From positions 46,312-110,311 of the forward strand of contig JACPLF010000006.1 in assembly GCA_016186645.1 (NCBI GenBank): a stretch of 64,000 bases of DNA. Direction: 5' to 3'. The position numbers and the translations under genes are program-made. Within the stretch, counting starts at the first letter, position 1; every line of letters begins with the position of its first letter. This DNA comes from Candidatus Levyibacteriota bacterium (GTDB lineage Bacteria; Patescibacteriota; Microgenomatia; Levybacterales; UBA12049). Shown here in pieces: positions 49,361 through 60,119 of this stretch. Below the pieces are notes generated by a model that saw nothing but the letters and a program-made list of their open reading frames with translations, ran no database searches and was not told the origin of the DNA.

Positions 49361-50116
49361 ATGAAGCTTCCTTTGACACTTATTGTACCTGCTAAAAAAG
49401 AAGAAGAAGCGGTTATCCATACATTGGAAAAAATTAAAGAAAGAGTCAAAATTAATCACAAAGTAATAGTTGTAAATGACTCTTTTGAAGGGGACAAGAC
49501 AGGTGAAATTGTTAAAAAATATGCAGAAAAAAATAAAAATGTTTCGGTAGTTATCAATAGGAATAATCCTCACCCGACTTTTGCAAGCGCATTAATCTTG
49601 GGATTTGATAAAGTGAAAGACGGCGTAGCTATTCCTATAATGGCTGATTTGTGTGACAGACTGGAGGACATAGAAATTATGTATAAGAAAATCCATGAGG
49701 GTTGGGATATTGTCTGCGGTAGCAGATATATAAGGGGAGGGGGAAAAAAAGGAGGACCATTAATTCAGTCGGTAGGCTCATTTCTTATTTGTTCTTTCTT
49801 ACATTATGTGACAGGTATTCCCACAACAGATGTAAGCAATGCTTTCAAAATGTATAGAAAAAACGTTTTGGAAAAAGCGATTATCCATCCAAGAAGCGGA
49901 GTTGAGGCATCTATGGCAATTACGCTGCAGGCGTATTTTGACAAGGCAAAAATCACAGAAATTCCAACTCGCTGGATTGGCAGAACTTTGGGAAACTCTA
50001 AATTTAAAATAATTGAAAGAACGCCTCCTTACTACAAAATTTGCGTATGGGCAGTCAAAAATACCATAAGAAAATACTTGCATCTTAAGCCTCTAAAATA
50101 TAATATAGATTATTAA
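49361..50116 (+). CDS. GT2 polyprenol-phosphate glycosyltransferase (DPM1-like)
   Basis: VPA..EE, VVND, MADL.D, VCGSRY..GG, D.SNAFKMY, EIPT.W..RT.G.SKF. Confidence 0.85.
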   Translation: MKLPLTLIVPAKKEEEAVIHTLEKIKERVKINHKVIVVNDSFEGDKTGEIVKKYAEKNKNVSVVINRNNPHPTFASALILGFDKVKDGVAIPIMADLCDRLEDIEIMYKKIHEGWDIVCGSRYIRGGGKKGGPLIQSVGSFLICSFLHYVTGIPTTDVSNAFKMYRKNVLEKAIIHPRSGVEASMAITLQAYFDKAKITEIPTRWIGRTLGNSKFKIIERTPPYYKICVWAVKNTIRKYLHLKPLKYNIDY

Positions 50117-50125
50117 TCGTCTTTA

Positions 50126-53002
50126 ATGAGAAAAATTTCTATATTTATCAAAACTTTTTCTAATTTTTTCAATAAATACTACCCCATATCTGCTTTAGTT
50201 TTTCTTGCGCTGGTAGTTGTTGCAGCCTTGTGGCAGGTCTCAAATTTGTATTTCTGGACAGACGATTGGGATCTATTCCTAAGAATAACCCATCCCAATC
50301 TTGAGCTTTGGGGAATGAAGCCTGGATGGTTTGGCAGCGGTCCGTATCGTTACCTTCCGACTCCCTTCATGCCTTTCTTTCCAATATTTGGTCTTAATCC
50401 AACTCCTTATTTTATTGGCAGTATTTTCGTTTATTTTATCGCCACTGTAAGCGTATTTTTGCTGTTTCTTGAGATTACACGGAAAAGGTCTTTAGCAATT
50501 GGAGCAGCTGCAATTTATGGTGCGTCAGGATATATTGGGAGCTATACAATTTTTCATTTGTCTAATTCTTATCAGAATCTGGGTGCTGTAATATTTACCA
50601 CTTTGACTCTTTGGATTTTGGCAAAACATTATAAAACAAATAATATTTTGTATTACTTGTTAAGCATCTTTCTGTTTTATGCATCTTTGGAGATAGAAAA
50701 TCTTAGGGCTCATGGACTTATATTTTTAGTTTTGGGTTTAACAATTTTATTTGCGAGATGGGAAAAATCTATAGGAAATATCTTGCTTAATTTAGTAAAA
50801 TTAATTCCCTTTGTCTTAGTTTATAGGAATTTGTACAGCGCTACGTTGGGGTCCGGACATACGACTACTGTTGGAGCATTTTTCTACACAATGGGGAGAG
50901 ATAAATTATATGCATATTTTATTAACCCATTTGCAAGTTTTAGTAACGTTATTATTCCGGACAATATAACAAAATTTATCTATAGCTTTTTTGGTAAGCT
51001 ACCAGGCAACCCAGTCCCTGAAATTATCCTCATTTTGCTTTTTACTTTGGCGACATTGTTTATTGTTTTTAAAAATAAAAGTTTAGTTCAGAAGTATTTT
51101 GGTTTGATTTTAATTGCCACAGAAATTGCATATTTCTTCTTCAATAAATGGGCGATAAAACAGCCCATACTTTCAAATCTTGAGATACATGCCGGTTTTA
51201 CTTCTATGCTGGGTATGACACTTTTGCTGTCATTATTGCTGGTCAGTTTCAGATTATGGAAAAACAGGGAAAATATTCTTAGCAGAGTCTTACTTTTTGG
51301 AGTAGTTTTAATTTTTGGGCATTATATTGGTTATTTTGTTGGCGTTCCCGGATATAGCTATCTTATAACTACCGATAGATACTTAACGCCCTCTGCTGTT
51401 GGGACAGCACTTATATTGGGAACTTTGTTTTACGTGATTAAGTTTAAAAAGATAGCTTTTTTCCCAATCTTTGTATTTTTTTACTCTGCATATTTAATAA
51501 TTCTTATGAATATAGCTGCTTATCAAACAGTCAACGATGTCAGTAAACCTACAAGACGAATATATGATAATATAAGGAAAATTACCCCATCCATACCTAA
51601 AAATTCAGTATTGTTGTTAAATATTGAAAATACTTCTAACTTGAGATACTTAGTTGGGAGTTCTTTTCCTAGCACTGCATTTGCATTATTTTATGGATTT
51701 CCAAATAGGGTTCCTGCTGTGCGTTCCTTTGATGAGTATCTTTATGATGTGAAAATGGGGAAGATGAAATTGGATGACTTACAAAGTTTTTATATCGATC
51801 AATGGAAAATCATAGATACAACTAAGGAAATAATATCACTTTTGAAAAATCCAACAGTCCCTAGTGTATTAAATCTTTCAAAATGGTCTAGCAATACTCC
51901 GTTCTCAAATAATAATTCGTTTAGTACCGGTTCTTTTATTTTAGAAAGAGAAAAGGATACTGTGGGGGTTAACCCGCAAATAGATGCAAATATAGATTAT
52001 AAAAGTATTGTTCCTGCAATGCTTAGTCTAACCATTACTGCGAGTCCGGCTATTTTGGATGGGAAAAAACTTCCCTATCGTGATATTTCCACTACTGTAG
52101 GAGATGAAATTATAAAAGAAGATTTAGTGAATTTGGTAATTGATGAGGTTATGGATCCAGCATCATGTAAAAATATTCCTATGTTTATCGCTTTAGATAA
52201 AGAGCGTAAAGAATTTGTAAAACAGGGAAGTATAGACGTTACTTCGCAAACTCAATATAGTGAAAAAGAATTTTTGTACGATGGCTTATTTAATACTAAT
52301 TGGTCGGGGCATGTGTTGGATTGGGCTAATGAGAAGTTAGTAGAAGTAACTTTGGACTTAAAAACCATAAAGCCTGTAACTGCATTTGTTTGGGTGAACT
52401 ATCTAGAAAGAACTACGCCCACTCAATATGTTATTTTGGGATCAGAAGATGGTACGAATTGGAAAAAATTAAAAGAGGTCAATAAGGGGCCGGGAAGATT
52501 GGACGGAGAATTCGTTTTGGAAAACTTTCCAGAAACAAACGCTAGGTACATAAAAATGATTATTACAGATATTTTGATAAAAAATGCCCCAGCTATGTCT
52601 GAAATTTGGACAAGTTCGCAAAGTAAAACAGAGGATTTGAAAGGTTATTCAAAACATCTAATTGATAATCCAATGCAATGTTCTTTAAAAGGTATTAATG
52701 AATACACAAGTCTTATTACCTCTCTTGATTTTCAGGCCAAAGCTAAGATTTGGTGGTTAACAGATAGCTGGGAAAATTTCAGCGAAAATAATTCTAAAGA
52801 GTTTAGTGTAATTTTGGATGGTCAGCCTCATACTTATAATATTTTTATCCCGGCCCAGGGAACCATGCTTGAGAAAATAAGAATAAATAATTTTCAATTG
52901 CCTATTAATTTAAATATTCAAAAAGCAGTAATTCGTTCTTTAACTTTTAAAGAAATTGATGAAACGGGGCATATAAGTATGCCTACAGGATCCACCAATT
53001 AA
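50126..53002 (+). CDS. GT-C-like glycosyltransferase with C-terminal discoidin (F5/8 type C, CBM32-like) domain
   Basis: YFWTDDW acidic loop, multi-TM, DRYL; C-terminal LYDG...T.W, V.LDL, S.DG.NW, ARYIK..I, MSEI. Confidence 0.75.
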   Translation: MRKISIFIKTFSNFFNKYYPISALVFLALVVVAALWQVSNLYFWTDDWDLFLRITHPNLELWGMKPGWFGSGPYRYLPTPFMPFFPIFGLNPTPYFIGSIFVYFIATVSVFLLFLEITRKRSLAIGAAAIYGASGYIGSYTIFHLSNSYQNLGAVIFTTLTLWILAKHYKTNNILYYLLSIFLFYASLEIENLRAHGLIFLVLGLTILFARWEKSIGNILLNLVKLIPFVLVYRNLYSATLGSGHTTTVGAFFYTMGRDKLYAYFINPFASFSNVIIPDNITKFIYSFFGKLPGNPVPEIILILLFTLATLFIVFKNKSLVQKYFGLILIATEIAYFFFNKWAIKQPILSNLEIHAGFTSMLGMTLLLSLLLVSFRLWKNRENILSRVLLFGVVLIFGHYIGYFVGVPGYSYLITTDRYLTPSAVGTALILGTLFYVIKFKKIAFFPIFVFFYSAYLIILMNIAAYQTVNDVSKPTRRIYDNIRKITPSIPKNSVLLLNIENTSNLRYLVGSSFPSTAFALFYGFPNRVPAVRSFDEYLYDVKMGKMKLDDLQSFYIDQWKIIDTTKEIISLLKNPTVPSVLNLSKWSSNTPFSNNNSFSTGSFILEREKDTVGVNPQIDANIDYKSIVPAMLSLTITASPAILDGKKLPYRDISTTVGDEIIKEDLVNLVIDEVMDPASCKNIPMFIALDKERKEFVKQGSIDVTSQTQYSEKEFLYDGLFNTNWSGHVLDWANEKLVEVTLDLKTIKPVTAFVWVNYLERTTPTQYVILGSEDGTNWKKLKEVNKGPGRLDGEFVLENFPETNARYIKMIITDILIKNAPAMSEIWTSSQSKTEDLKGYSKHLIDNPMQCSLKGINEYTSLITSLDFQAKAKIWWLTDSWENFSENNSKEFSVILDGQPHTYNIFIPAQGTMLEKIRINNFQLPINLNIQKAVIRSLTFKEIDETGHISMPTGSTN

Positions 53003-54207
53003 ATTGTACCCATTTTTTTTAAAGCAGAGCTGTAAGAATTTTTCCAAGTATTATTCTTAGCAAAGTTAATCGCTTCTTTTCTCATTCGCATGTAAAGATT
53101 GTTATCTTCAAAAACTTTAATTACTGCGTTGGCTAAATCTTCCTCGTTATCTTTTATAATAATCCCTGATCCATATTTTTCTATCTCACGGCTTAGAGGA
53201 GGTACATGAGTTGTGATTACTGGTAATCCTGCTCCAAAGTAAAGTCTTATTTTGGTTGCGTCACCATACCATCTTGCGGAATCAGGATAAGACATGTAGG
53301 GAGCAATACCTAGACTCGATTCTTTAACAATATTGGAAAGTTTGTTTGCGTCTTGTATAAAACCGTGGAAAATTATATTTTTTTCAACTTTATTATCCCT
53401 TGCCAAATTTTCAAGTTCTTTTTGCGGAGTATGGCCTCCTCCGAGAATGCTAAGTTTTGCTTTAGGAAATTTGTTTAATATTCTTTTCATAGCAAGGATT
53501 GCGATAGGAAGTCCATTTTCAGGACCGAATGTTCCTGCAAAAACCAACGTGAAGGGTTTGATTTTATCCAAGGGTAAGTAAGAAATCTGTTTTGGAAATA
53601 AAGCATTGGGTACCAAAATTACAGGTGCAGATTTTTTTGGATCAAGACCAGCTTTAATTCTTGCATCAAACATTGCCGGTGATACGTCCCAAATAAAGTC
53701 GGCTGAATAGCAGCAAAACCTATCAAGAGAAAGATACAAATTATTCAGCCATTTTTGTGAATATCTATTTGGAATATAGTCTGAAACATAATAAACAACT
53801 GTTTTAGTCAGTCCCAATCTTTTCAGTATTATTCCGGCAATTGTGTAGATAGACTCAAGTCCTATGAAAAGATCGTATTTTGTTTTGGAAATAATAAATA
53901 GTTCAAAGACCGTTAGAAAATCCCGTAATTTAAATAATATTTGTGTACCATTGATATTTATTATTTTAAGTAATGGAAACATGAGGATACTAACCAGAGA
54001 TAATGATTTTTTTTTAAGGCTCCCGTTAGCGTATCGGTCAAAACGTGTTATGACGGTGCTGCTTCCCGGATGCGGTCCATCAATTAGATCGACTATTTTG
54101 CTTTGGGGCAAGAAAAAGGAAAGCAATGGCTCAATCATGCCGTTTATGGATGTTTGTCCTTTGGAATTCCAAATGGAGAACGTTGCAATGAGTATTTTGT
54201 CAGGCAT
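52999..54207 (-). CDS. GT4 family glycosyltransferase (paralog of 24759)
   Basis: VVYYVSDY.P.R, D.FCC..AD.IW.VS, GIAPY, YGD.TK...Y..AGLPVITT. Confidence 0.85.
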   Translation of the reverse strand: MPDKILIATFSIWNSKGQTSINGMIEPLLSFFLPQSKIVDLIDGPHPGSSTVITRFDRYANGSLKKKSLSLVSILMFPLLKIININGTQILFKLRDFLTVFELFIISKTKYDLFIGLESIYTIAGIILKRLGLTKTVVYYVSDYIPNRYSQKWLNNLYLSLDRFCCYSADFIWDVSPAMFDARIKAGLDPKKSAPVILVPNALFPKQISYLPLDKIKPFTLVFAGTFGPENGLPIAILAMKRILNKFPKAKLSILGGGHTPQKELENLARDNKVEKNIIFHGFIQDANKLSNIVKESSLGIAPYMSYPDSARWYGDATKIRLYFGAGLPVITTHVPPLSREIEKYGSGIIIKDNEEDLANAVIKVFEDNNLYMRMRKEAINFAKNNTWKNSYSSALKKMGTI

Positions 54208-54260
54208 AATTGTGTTATAATATTTTACATTATTCAGAGACCAAATTAAATACTTAGAAT

Positions 54261-55313
54261 ATGTCGAAAAAGATTTTAGTGACAGGGTCTGCGGGACTTA
54301 TCGGATCTGAATCAGTTAAATTTTTCGCCGAAAAAGACTTTGAAATCATCGGAATAGACAACGACATGCGGGCATATTTTTTCGGGAAAGAAGCGAGTAC
54401 TTCCTGGAACAGAAAGTTTTTGGAAACAAAATATAAAAACTACAAGCACTACAACCTAGATATTCGCGATCAAGAAGGCCTTGAGAAAATTTTCAAAGAG
54501 CATAAATTTGATTTAATAATTCACACTGCTGCTCAGCCATCGCATGATTGGGCTTCAAAAGAGCCTCTAACCGATTTTGGAGTAAATGCATTAGGAACTT
54601 TGTATCTTTTGGAAAACTTTAGAAAATATAGCCCTTCATCTGTTTTTATTTTTACATCTACGAATAAAGTATATGGAGATACTCCGAATAGTCTTCCTTT
54701 AATCGAAGAAAAGTTGCGTTATGAGTTGCCCAAAACCCACAAATATTACAAGGGAATAGACGAGTCGATGAGCATTGATAATTCAAAACATAGTATTTTT
54801 GGCGCATCAAAAGTCGCAGCAGATGTTATGGTTCAGGAGTACGGAAAATATTTTGGACTCAAAACAACGGTTTTTAGAGGAGGATGTCTGACAGGTCCTG
54901 CACATTCAGGAACAAAGCTTCACGGATTTTTGGCATATTTGGTTAAATGTATTGCGACGGGTCAGAAATATACGATTTATGGATACAAAGGGAAGCAAGT
55001 TAGGGACAATATTCACTCTTTTGATTTGGTTAATGCTTTTTATCATGTCTACAAAAATCCAAGAATGGGAGAGGCTTACAACATAGGAGGCTCTCGCCAT
55101 TCAAACATATCAATTCTCGAAGCAATCGAAAAGATAGAAAAAATTCTAAAACGTAAAGCTAACTTCGATTATGATAATGAAAATAGATCCGGAGACCATA
55201 TTTGGTACATTTCTGATGTGTCTAAATTCAAATCTCACTATCCTAAGTGGGATTTCAAATACTCAGGCGATATGATTCTTGAAAACATCTGCCGCTTTGG
55301 GCATTTCTCCTAA
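54261..55313 (+). CDS. CDP-paratose 2-epimerase (RfbE/Tyv)-like SDR
   Basis: [32 protein letters not shown] (Tyr of YxxxK appears as Phe), [20 protein letters not shown]. Confidence 0.75.
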   Translation: MSKKILVTGSAGLIGSESVKFFAEKDFEIIGIDNDMRAYFFGKEASTSWNRKFLETKYKNYKHYNLDIRDQEGLEKIFKEHKFDLIIHTAAQPSHDWASKEPLTDFGVNALGTLYLLENFRKYSPSSVFIFTSTNKVYGDTPNSLPLIEEKLRYELPKTHKYYKGIDESMSIDNSKHSIFGASKVAADVMVQEYGKYFGLKTTVFRGGCLTGPAHSGTKLHGFLAYLVKCIATGQKYTIYGYKGKQVRDNIHSFDLVNAFYHVYKNPRMGEAYNIGGSRHSNISILEAIEKIEKILKRKANFDYDNENRSGDHIWYISDVSKFKSHYPKWDFKYSGDMILENICRFGHFS

Positions 55314-55314
55314 T

Positions 55315-56382
55315 ATGAAATATAAAAAAATTCTTGTGACTGGCGGAGCCGGATTTGTAGGATCGAATATCTGCATAAAATTAAAACAAGAATTCCCGCA
55401 AATTCAAATCACGGCTTTTGATAACTTGATTAGGAAAGGATCCGAACTTAATCTTCCTCGATTCAAGAAGCAGGGAATTGGTTTTATTCGTGGAGATGTC
55501 AGAAATAGAGCTGACCTTGCTCTTTCAGATATAGATCTTATTATTGAATGTTCTGCTGAGCCATCGGTTATGGCTGGGGTAACATCATCTCCGGAATATC
55601 TTGTAGACACCAACCTTATTGGCGCCTTAAACTGTTTTGAGTTGGCGAGAAAAACAAAAGCAGACGTAGTATTTTTGTCCACAAGCAGAGTCTATCCGGT
55701 AAAACATTTAAATAATCTGTCGTTTAAAGAAGATAAAACACGATTTTCACTTGTTAGCGATCAGTCAATAAGGGGTAGTTCGGAAGAAGGGATAACAGAA
55801 GATTTTCCTTTGGACGGAGTTAGGACTTTGTATGGAGCAACAAAATTGTCTGCAGAGTTTATGTTGACAGAGTACATCAACAATTATGGGATAAAGGGAA
55901 TCATAAATAGATGCGGCCTTATTACTGGCCCTTGGCAGATGGGAAAAGTGGACCAGGGAGTTATCGTGTTATGGATGGCAAAGCACGTGTACAAAAAACC
56001 TCTATCATACATAGGATTTGGAGGAGAGGGAAAACAGGTTAGGGACATAATAGATATAGACGATCTGTTCGATCTTTTAAAAATTCAACTGGAGGATATA
56101 GAAAAATATAGTGGAGAAATATTTAATGTTGGAGGAGGAAGAAAAAATAGTCTTTCTCTTTTAGAATTAACAAATCTTTGCAGGAATATTTCTGGGAATG
56201 AAATAAAAATAGAAAAAGTAAAAGAAGATAGGGCGGGGGATGTAAGGATATACATTGGGGATAACAGTAAAATAACAAAATTGTCCGGATGGAGTCCAAA
56301 AAAATCCACGAAAAAGACTTTAGAGGAAATTTATAAATGGATAATAGGTAATAAAGATAATCTTGAACCGATTCTTTCTTAA
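55315..56382 (+). CDS. CDP-paratose 2-epimerase (RfbE/Tyv)-like SDR, second copy
   Basis: VTGGAGFVG, DNL.RKGS..NL, AEPSV, YGATK, GPWQMGKVDQG, GKQVRD, NVGGG..NSLSLLEL. Confidence 0.75.
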   Translation: MKYKKILVTGGAGFVGSNICIKLKQEFPQIQITAFDNLIRKGSELNLPRFKKQGIGFIRGDVRNRADLALSDIDLIIECSAEPSVMAGVTSSPEYLVDTNLIGALNCFELARKTKADVVFLSTSRVYPVKHLNNLSFKEDKTRFSLVSDQSIRGSSEEGITEDFPLDGVRTLYGATKLSAEFMLTEYINNYGIKGIINRCGLITGPWQMGKVDQGVIVLWMAKHVYKKPLSYIGFGGEGKQVRDIIDIDDLFDLLKIQLEDIEKYSGEIFNVGGGRKNSLSLLELTNLCRNISGNEIKIEKVKEDRAGDVRIYIGDNSKITKLSGWSPKKSTKKTLEEIYKWIIGNKDNLEPILS

Positions 56383-56383
56383 C

Positions 56384-59300
56384 ATGAAATTACGAAAAAT
56401 AATTTTGACTATACTTTTGTTTTCGTTATCATTTGTTCCGTTTTTATGGTTCCCTAAAGACCAAATTCTAATAGGCTATGACAATGTTTACCCTCTTAAT
56501 GCGGCAGCTTTCCTAAAAGATAGAATATTTTCATGGACTACAACATCTGGGTTTGACATGGATCAGTCCGGTATTCAGGGGAGCTTAGTTATTCACTTTG
56601 TGGATAGCATTCCTCAGTTGTTGGGACTTCCGGTCCAGCTTAGTCAAAAAATCGTGTTCAGCTTTTGGTTCTTTTTACTATTATTCTCTCCCTATTTTTT
56701 TATCACCAGACTTGAAAAGGCTGGTCTAATCAAAAGTTCATATCTTCGATATTTTTTCCCTGTTTTATATGCATTTAATTTCTACATTCTTCAGGCATGG
56801 TGGGTAGCAGAACGAACAAAGTTTTCTCTCGTTGTTGTTATGCCTCTAATTCTTTCGCTTCTTATACCTATGGCCCTGCAGAAGCTTACTTTGAGAAATA
56901 TAATAAAAACCGCACTTACTTGCTCTATATTACTATCCATCTTTAACGGCGGGGGATGGGTTGGTTTCCCTCTTTACGGAGGCTTACTTATTGCGCTTTC
57001 AGTTTATTATTTCTTTTTTCTTGGTTTCTATTTCTTTACAAACCAGAAGAGAAATATTGGGTATCTTACTTTATTTTTTCTTTGCTTTGGATTTTCGTAT
57101 ATTTTGCTTAATGCTTATACTTTGGTTCCATTCTTGCTGACAACTTTACGGGAATACAGCGCTCTTGTGCAAAGCTCGGGAGGAGTCTTGGGGCTTATTG
57201 AGTGGGCAAAATATTTAAGTTCCGACACCAGCATAGCTAACCTTTTGCGTCTGCAGGGAATACCGGATTGGTATAATAGCGGGAAAGATCACCCCTACGC
57301 GTTAATATATTTACAAAATCCTTTTTTTATCATTGCCAGCTTTCTTTTTCCCGCTTTTCTTTTTCTTTCTTTTCTGAGAAAGAAAAAAGAGAATACTCTA
57401 CTTATTTTTTTCTTTCTCATACTCCTTCTTGTCTCCCTTCTTTTTACTCAGGGCGTACATAAGCCGCTGGGCTCCATAATGGAGTTTTTAATGGAGGTTA
57501 TTCCCGGTTTTATTGCATTTCGTTCGGCAATTTTCAAATTCGGATATGCCTACTGGTTTTCTATAAGCTTTCTTATTGGACTTTTTTTGAGCGAAGCAAT
57601 TGAGTTTATTCTAGGGAAGATAAAACAGAGACAAATAAGCTCTCCCCTAAAGGTTCTATTGCCGCTTGTAATTATATTATTGCTTATTTTATATCATTTT
57701 CCCTACCTGACCGGTAATATTTTCCGAATTGAATCAAGGCAAATTGCCTCGCGCGTAACAGTTCCGTCTTATGTGCATGAATTTTCCAAATGGTGGAGGG
57801 AAAATGGGAAAAACGATAAAGTACTGCTGCTTCCGCAGCTAAATAGCAATTGGGGTTTGGAACAATATAGATGGGGATATATGAGCCTTGCTCCAATTTT
57901 GGGAAATTTTGCCAACAAAAATATTATTGAAAATACAGTTGTTCTTTCCTCTGCGGAAACAAGAATATTAAACGATTTCTACTCTGCTGTTAACGAAAAA
58001 AATTATCTAAAAATGGATGCAAATGCAAATGCGCTTAGTATTAAATATTTTTTGGCCCGAAAAGATTTCTATTATGATATTCCGGATCAGGAAACAACAG
58101 ACCCTTTACTTTTGGAGGAAAGGTTATTGGGGAATCCAAAAATTGTTAAAGTTAAATCATTCGGCCAATGGGACTTATATGCGTACACAGAGGAAAAACC
58201 GCTCTTTTTTGCAAGAACGTCAGCTATCCTGGGAATTGGAAATACAGCAAATGAGCACTATACTATTGCAGATAATGCACTCATTCTCGAAGGAGACAGT
58301 TTTATAAAAAACCCTCAGACTTTTTCTCACACATTTATTCAGCCGTCGTGTCTCAACTGCGATATAGAAAAAGAGGATTTGCAGCTGATTGTACCAAAGC
58401 CACGCGTGTTGATTGATTCAAAGTTCTACCAATTCGTAGAATTGCGGGACAGAATTTTCAGCCCAAAGTATAAATCCGTAGATAGCTATGTTGTAAATCT
58501 TCTTGGAGAAACATTAAAACTTAGCGGACAAATAAACGAGCTTGTTTCACAGGGGAGAAATGAAGAATATATTGCTTTTGCAAAAAATAAATTTATTCAC
58601 AATCTGGACCTAGTTGGCCAAGAGCTCCCAAATATTTTTGAAAAATCCGCGAACCCTTATTATACTTTTTTTGTTATCCAGCAGTATTTGGAGGCAGAAG
58701 ACAAATACATTTCAAACATTATTTCTACAAAGATTGATAGCAAAAGCGTATTCTCTGATCTGGAAAAAATACTTCTTTCAATAAGTCAGCTTAATAATGA
58801 AGTTCAGGCATCTTATACAATTGGAAATGCAAGTATTGAAAAAAAATATAGATTCGTAACGGAAGAAAGCGGAAATTACTTTGTCCGTATACGCCGTGAC
58901 ACAATTGGTACGTTGGTAAATAATGATCCGTCAAGTATCATAGTTTCCATTAATGATAAGCCCGTAAAAATAGATCCGAAACTTGATTATAAATATATAA
59001 TATTAGGAGATTTATATTTTGGTCAGGGAGATCAAATATTGACATTAGTTTTTCCTGAGCAGAAAAATCTTTTTACTCCTGGTACGCTGCAAACTATCGC
59101 CGCAAGAAACTGCGTCTCTTCAGTGATTAACAATTTTTCTCCAGCAAAAACATATAGTCTTAGGTTTTTATCCCGAAATAATTTTGATCAAAGCTTTTAT
59201 CTTTTTATCGATAATGCTGAAACATACGCCCCTACATACAGATCTTTTTTTCCGATTTCAAGAGAACACGTGACCAATAATAAGATAACTGTTTCTTCCA

Positions 59301-59764
59301 ATACAATGCATTTAAACAAATATTCAAATAGGCTACGTATCGCTTTTTGTGCAGCAACATTAACTGAAGATTTATTTAAAGAAAATATTTCCGATCTCGC
59401 TCTCATAGAGCTTACAAGTCCGATAGTAACGTTAGTTAAACAAGATAAAAATGTTTTTCAAAACATACCAGAGATAACTTTTGAAGAAGAAAATCAAACT
59501 CACTATAAAGTGCATGTTGAAAAAGCAGATGAACCATTTTACCTTGTTTTTAGCAGGAGATATTCGTCTGGGTGGAAAGCAAACATTGGTGATCATGTCA
59601 TCGGAAATAAATATGCAAATGTTTGGTATGTTGATAAAACCGGAGATATGGATATTGATGTCGTTTATGGTCCGCAAAGATATTTTACGTTTGGCGCAAT
59701 TATATCGCTATTATCAATCACTGCAGTTATAGGAATAATTATAAGATTAAAAAAATATGCGTAA
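56384..59764 (+). CDS. Large GT-C membrane protein (AftD/YfhO-like) with extensive extracellular domain
   Basis: GYD..YP, LYAFN, NLLRLQG, FRS..KF, V.VP.Y; C-terminal LVF...YS.GW.A, H...N.YAN.W, Y.PQ.YF + terminal TM. Confidence 0.7.
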   Translation: MKLRKIILTILLFSLSFVPFLWFPKDQILIGYDNVYPLNAAAFLKDRIFSWTTTSGFDMDQSGIQGSLVIHFVDSIPQLLGLPVQLSQKIVFSFWFFLLLFSPYFFITRLEKAGLIKSSYLRYFFPVLYAFNFYILQAWWVAERTKFSLVVVMPLILSLLIPMALQKLTLRNIIKTALTCSILLSIFNGGGWVGFPLYGGLLIALSVYYFFFLGFYFFTNQKRNIGYLTLFFLCFGFSYILLNAYTLVPFLLTTLREYSALVQSSGGVLGLIEWAKYLSSDTSIANLLRLQGIPDWYNSGKDHPYALIYLQNPFFIIASFLFPAFLFLSFLRKKKENTLLIFFFLILLLVSLLFTQGVHKPLGSIMEFLMEVIPGFIAFRSAIFKFGYAYWFSISFLIGLFLSEAIEFILGKIKQRQISSPLKVLLPLVIILLLILYHFPYLTGNIFRIESRQIASRVTVPSYVHEFSKWWRENGKNDKVLLLPQLNSNWGLEQYRWGYMSLAPILGNFANKNIIENTVVLSSAETRILNDFYSAVNEKNYLKMDANANALSIKYFLARKDFYYDIPDQETTDPLLLEERLLGNPKIVKVKSFGQWDLYAYTEEKPLFFARTSAILGIGNTANEHYTIADNALILEGDSFIKNPQTFSHTFIQPSCLNCDIEKEDLQLIVPKPRVLIDSKFYQFVELRDRIFSPKYKSVDSYVVNLLGETLKLSGQINELVSQGRNEEYIAFAKNKFIHNLDLVGQELPNIFEKSANPYYTFFVIQQYLEAEDKYISNIISTKIDSKSVFSDLEKILLSISQLNNEVQASYTIGNASIEKKYRFVTEESGNYFVRIRRDTIGTLVNNDPSSIIVSINDKPVKIDPKLDYKYIILGDLYFGQGDQILTLVFPEQKNLFTPGTLQTIAARNCVSSVINNFSPAKTYSLRFLSRNNFDQSFYLFIDNAETYAPTYRSFFPISREHVTNNKITVSSNTMHLNKYSNRLRIAFCAATLTEDLFKENISDLALIELTSPIVTLVKQDKNVFQNIPEITFEEENQTHYKVHVEKADEPFYLVFSRRYSSGWKANIGDHVIGNKYANVWYVDKTGDMDIDVVYGPQRYFTFGAIISLLSITAVIGIIIRLKKYA

Positions 59765-60119
59765 TAACATTAGTAGGCTTATTGAATGGTATCATGTAAA
59801 TCTGGGAAGAGTAGTTTCTCTTTTTCTTCTTATAGTTGTGTTAGCGCTTCTATTTATCTACATTCCCTTTGTCAATATCATACTTTCTCCACAGTTAAGT
59901 ATTGTGATAATTTTGACGTCTTGGGGCATACTGTTTACGCCTTCCGTAAAAACATTGGTCTTATTCGCATTTTTTGTTCTGCTTATGGATATCATCCTAA
60001 CTTTTTTTGGTTTGGATGCGTTTGTTGACCCGCTTGGAAACATTTTTTATTTTCTGCTCATTTTTATATGCGTTAATTATGCAAAGGAAGTTTTTCAGAT
60101 GTACAAAAATAAAGAATGA
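59757..60119 (+). CDS. Small 4-TM membrane protein
   Basis: Four hydrophobic segments; overlaps both neighbours (8 bp and ATGA). Confidence 0.7.
   Translation: MRNNISRLIEWYHVNLGRVVSLFLLIVVLALLFIYIPFVNIILSPQLSIVIILTSWGILFTPSVKTLVLFAFFVLLMDIILTFFGLDAFVDPLGNIFYFLLIFICVNYAKEVFQMYKNKE

Noticed and set aside
39109-53002. TTAA as transposon target sites at three junctions
   Set aside because: Each TTAA is simply two overlapping TAA stops; no duplication, terminal repeats or transposase
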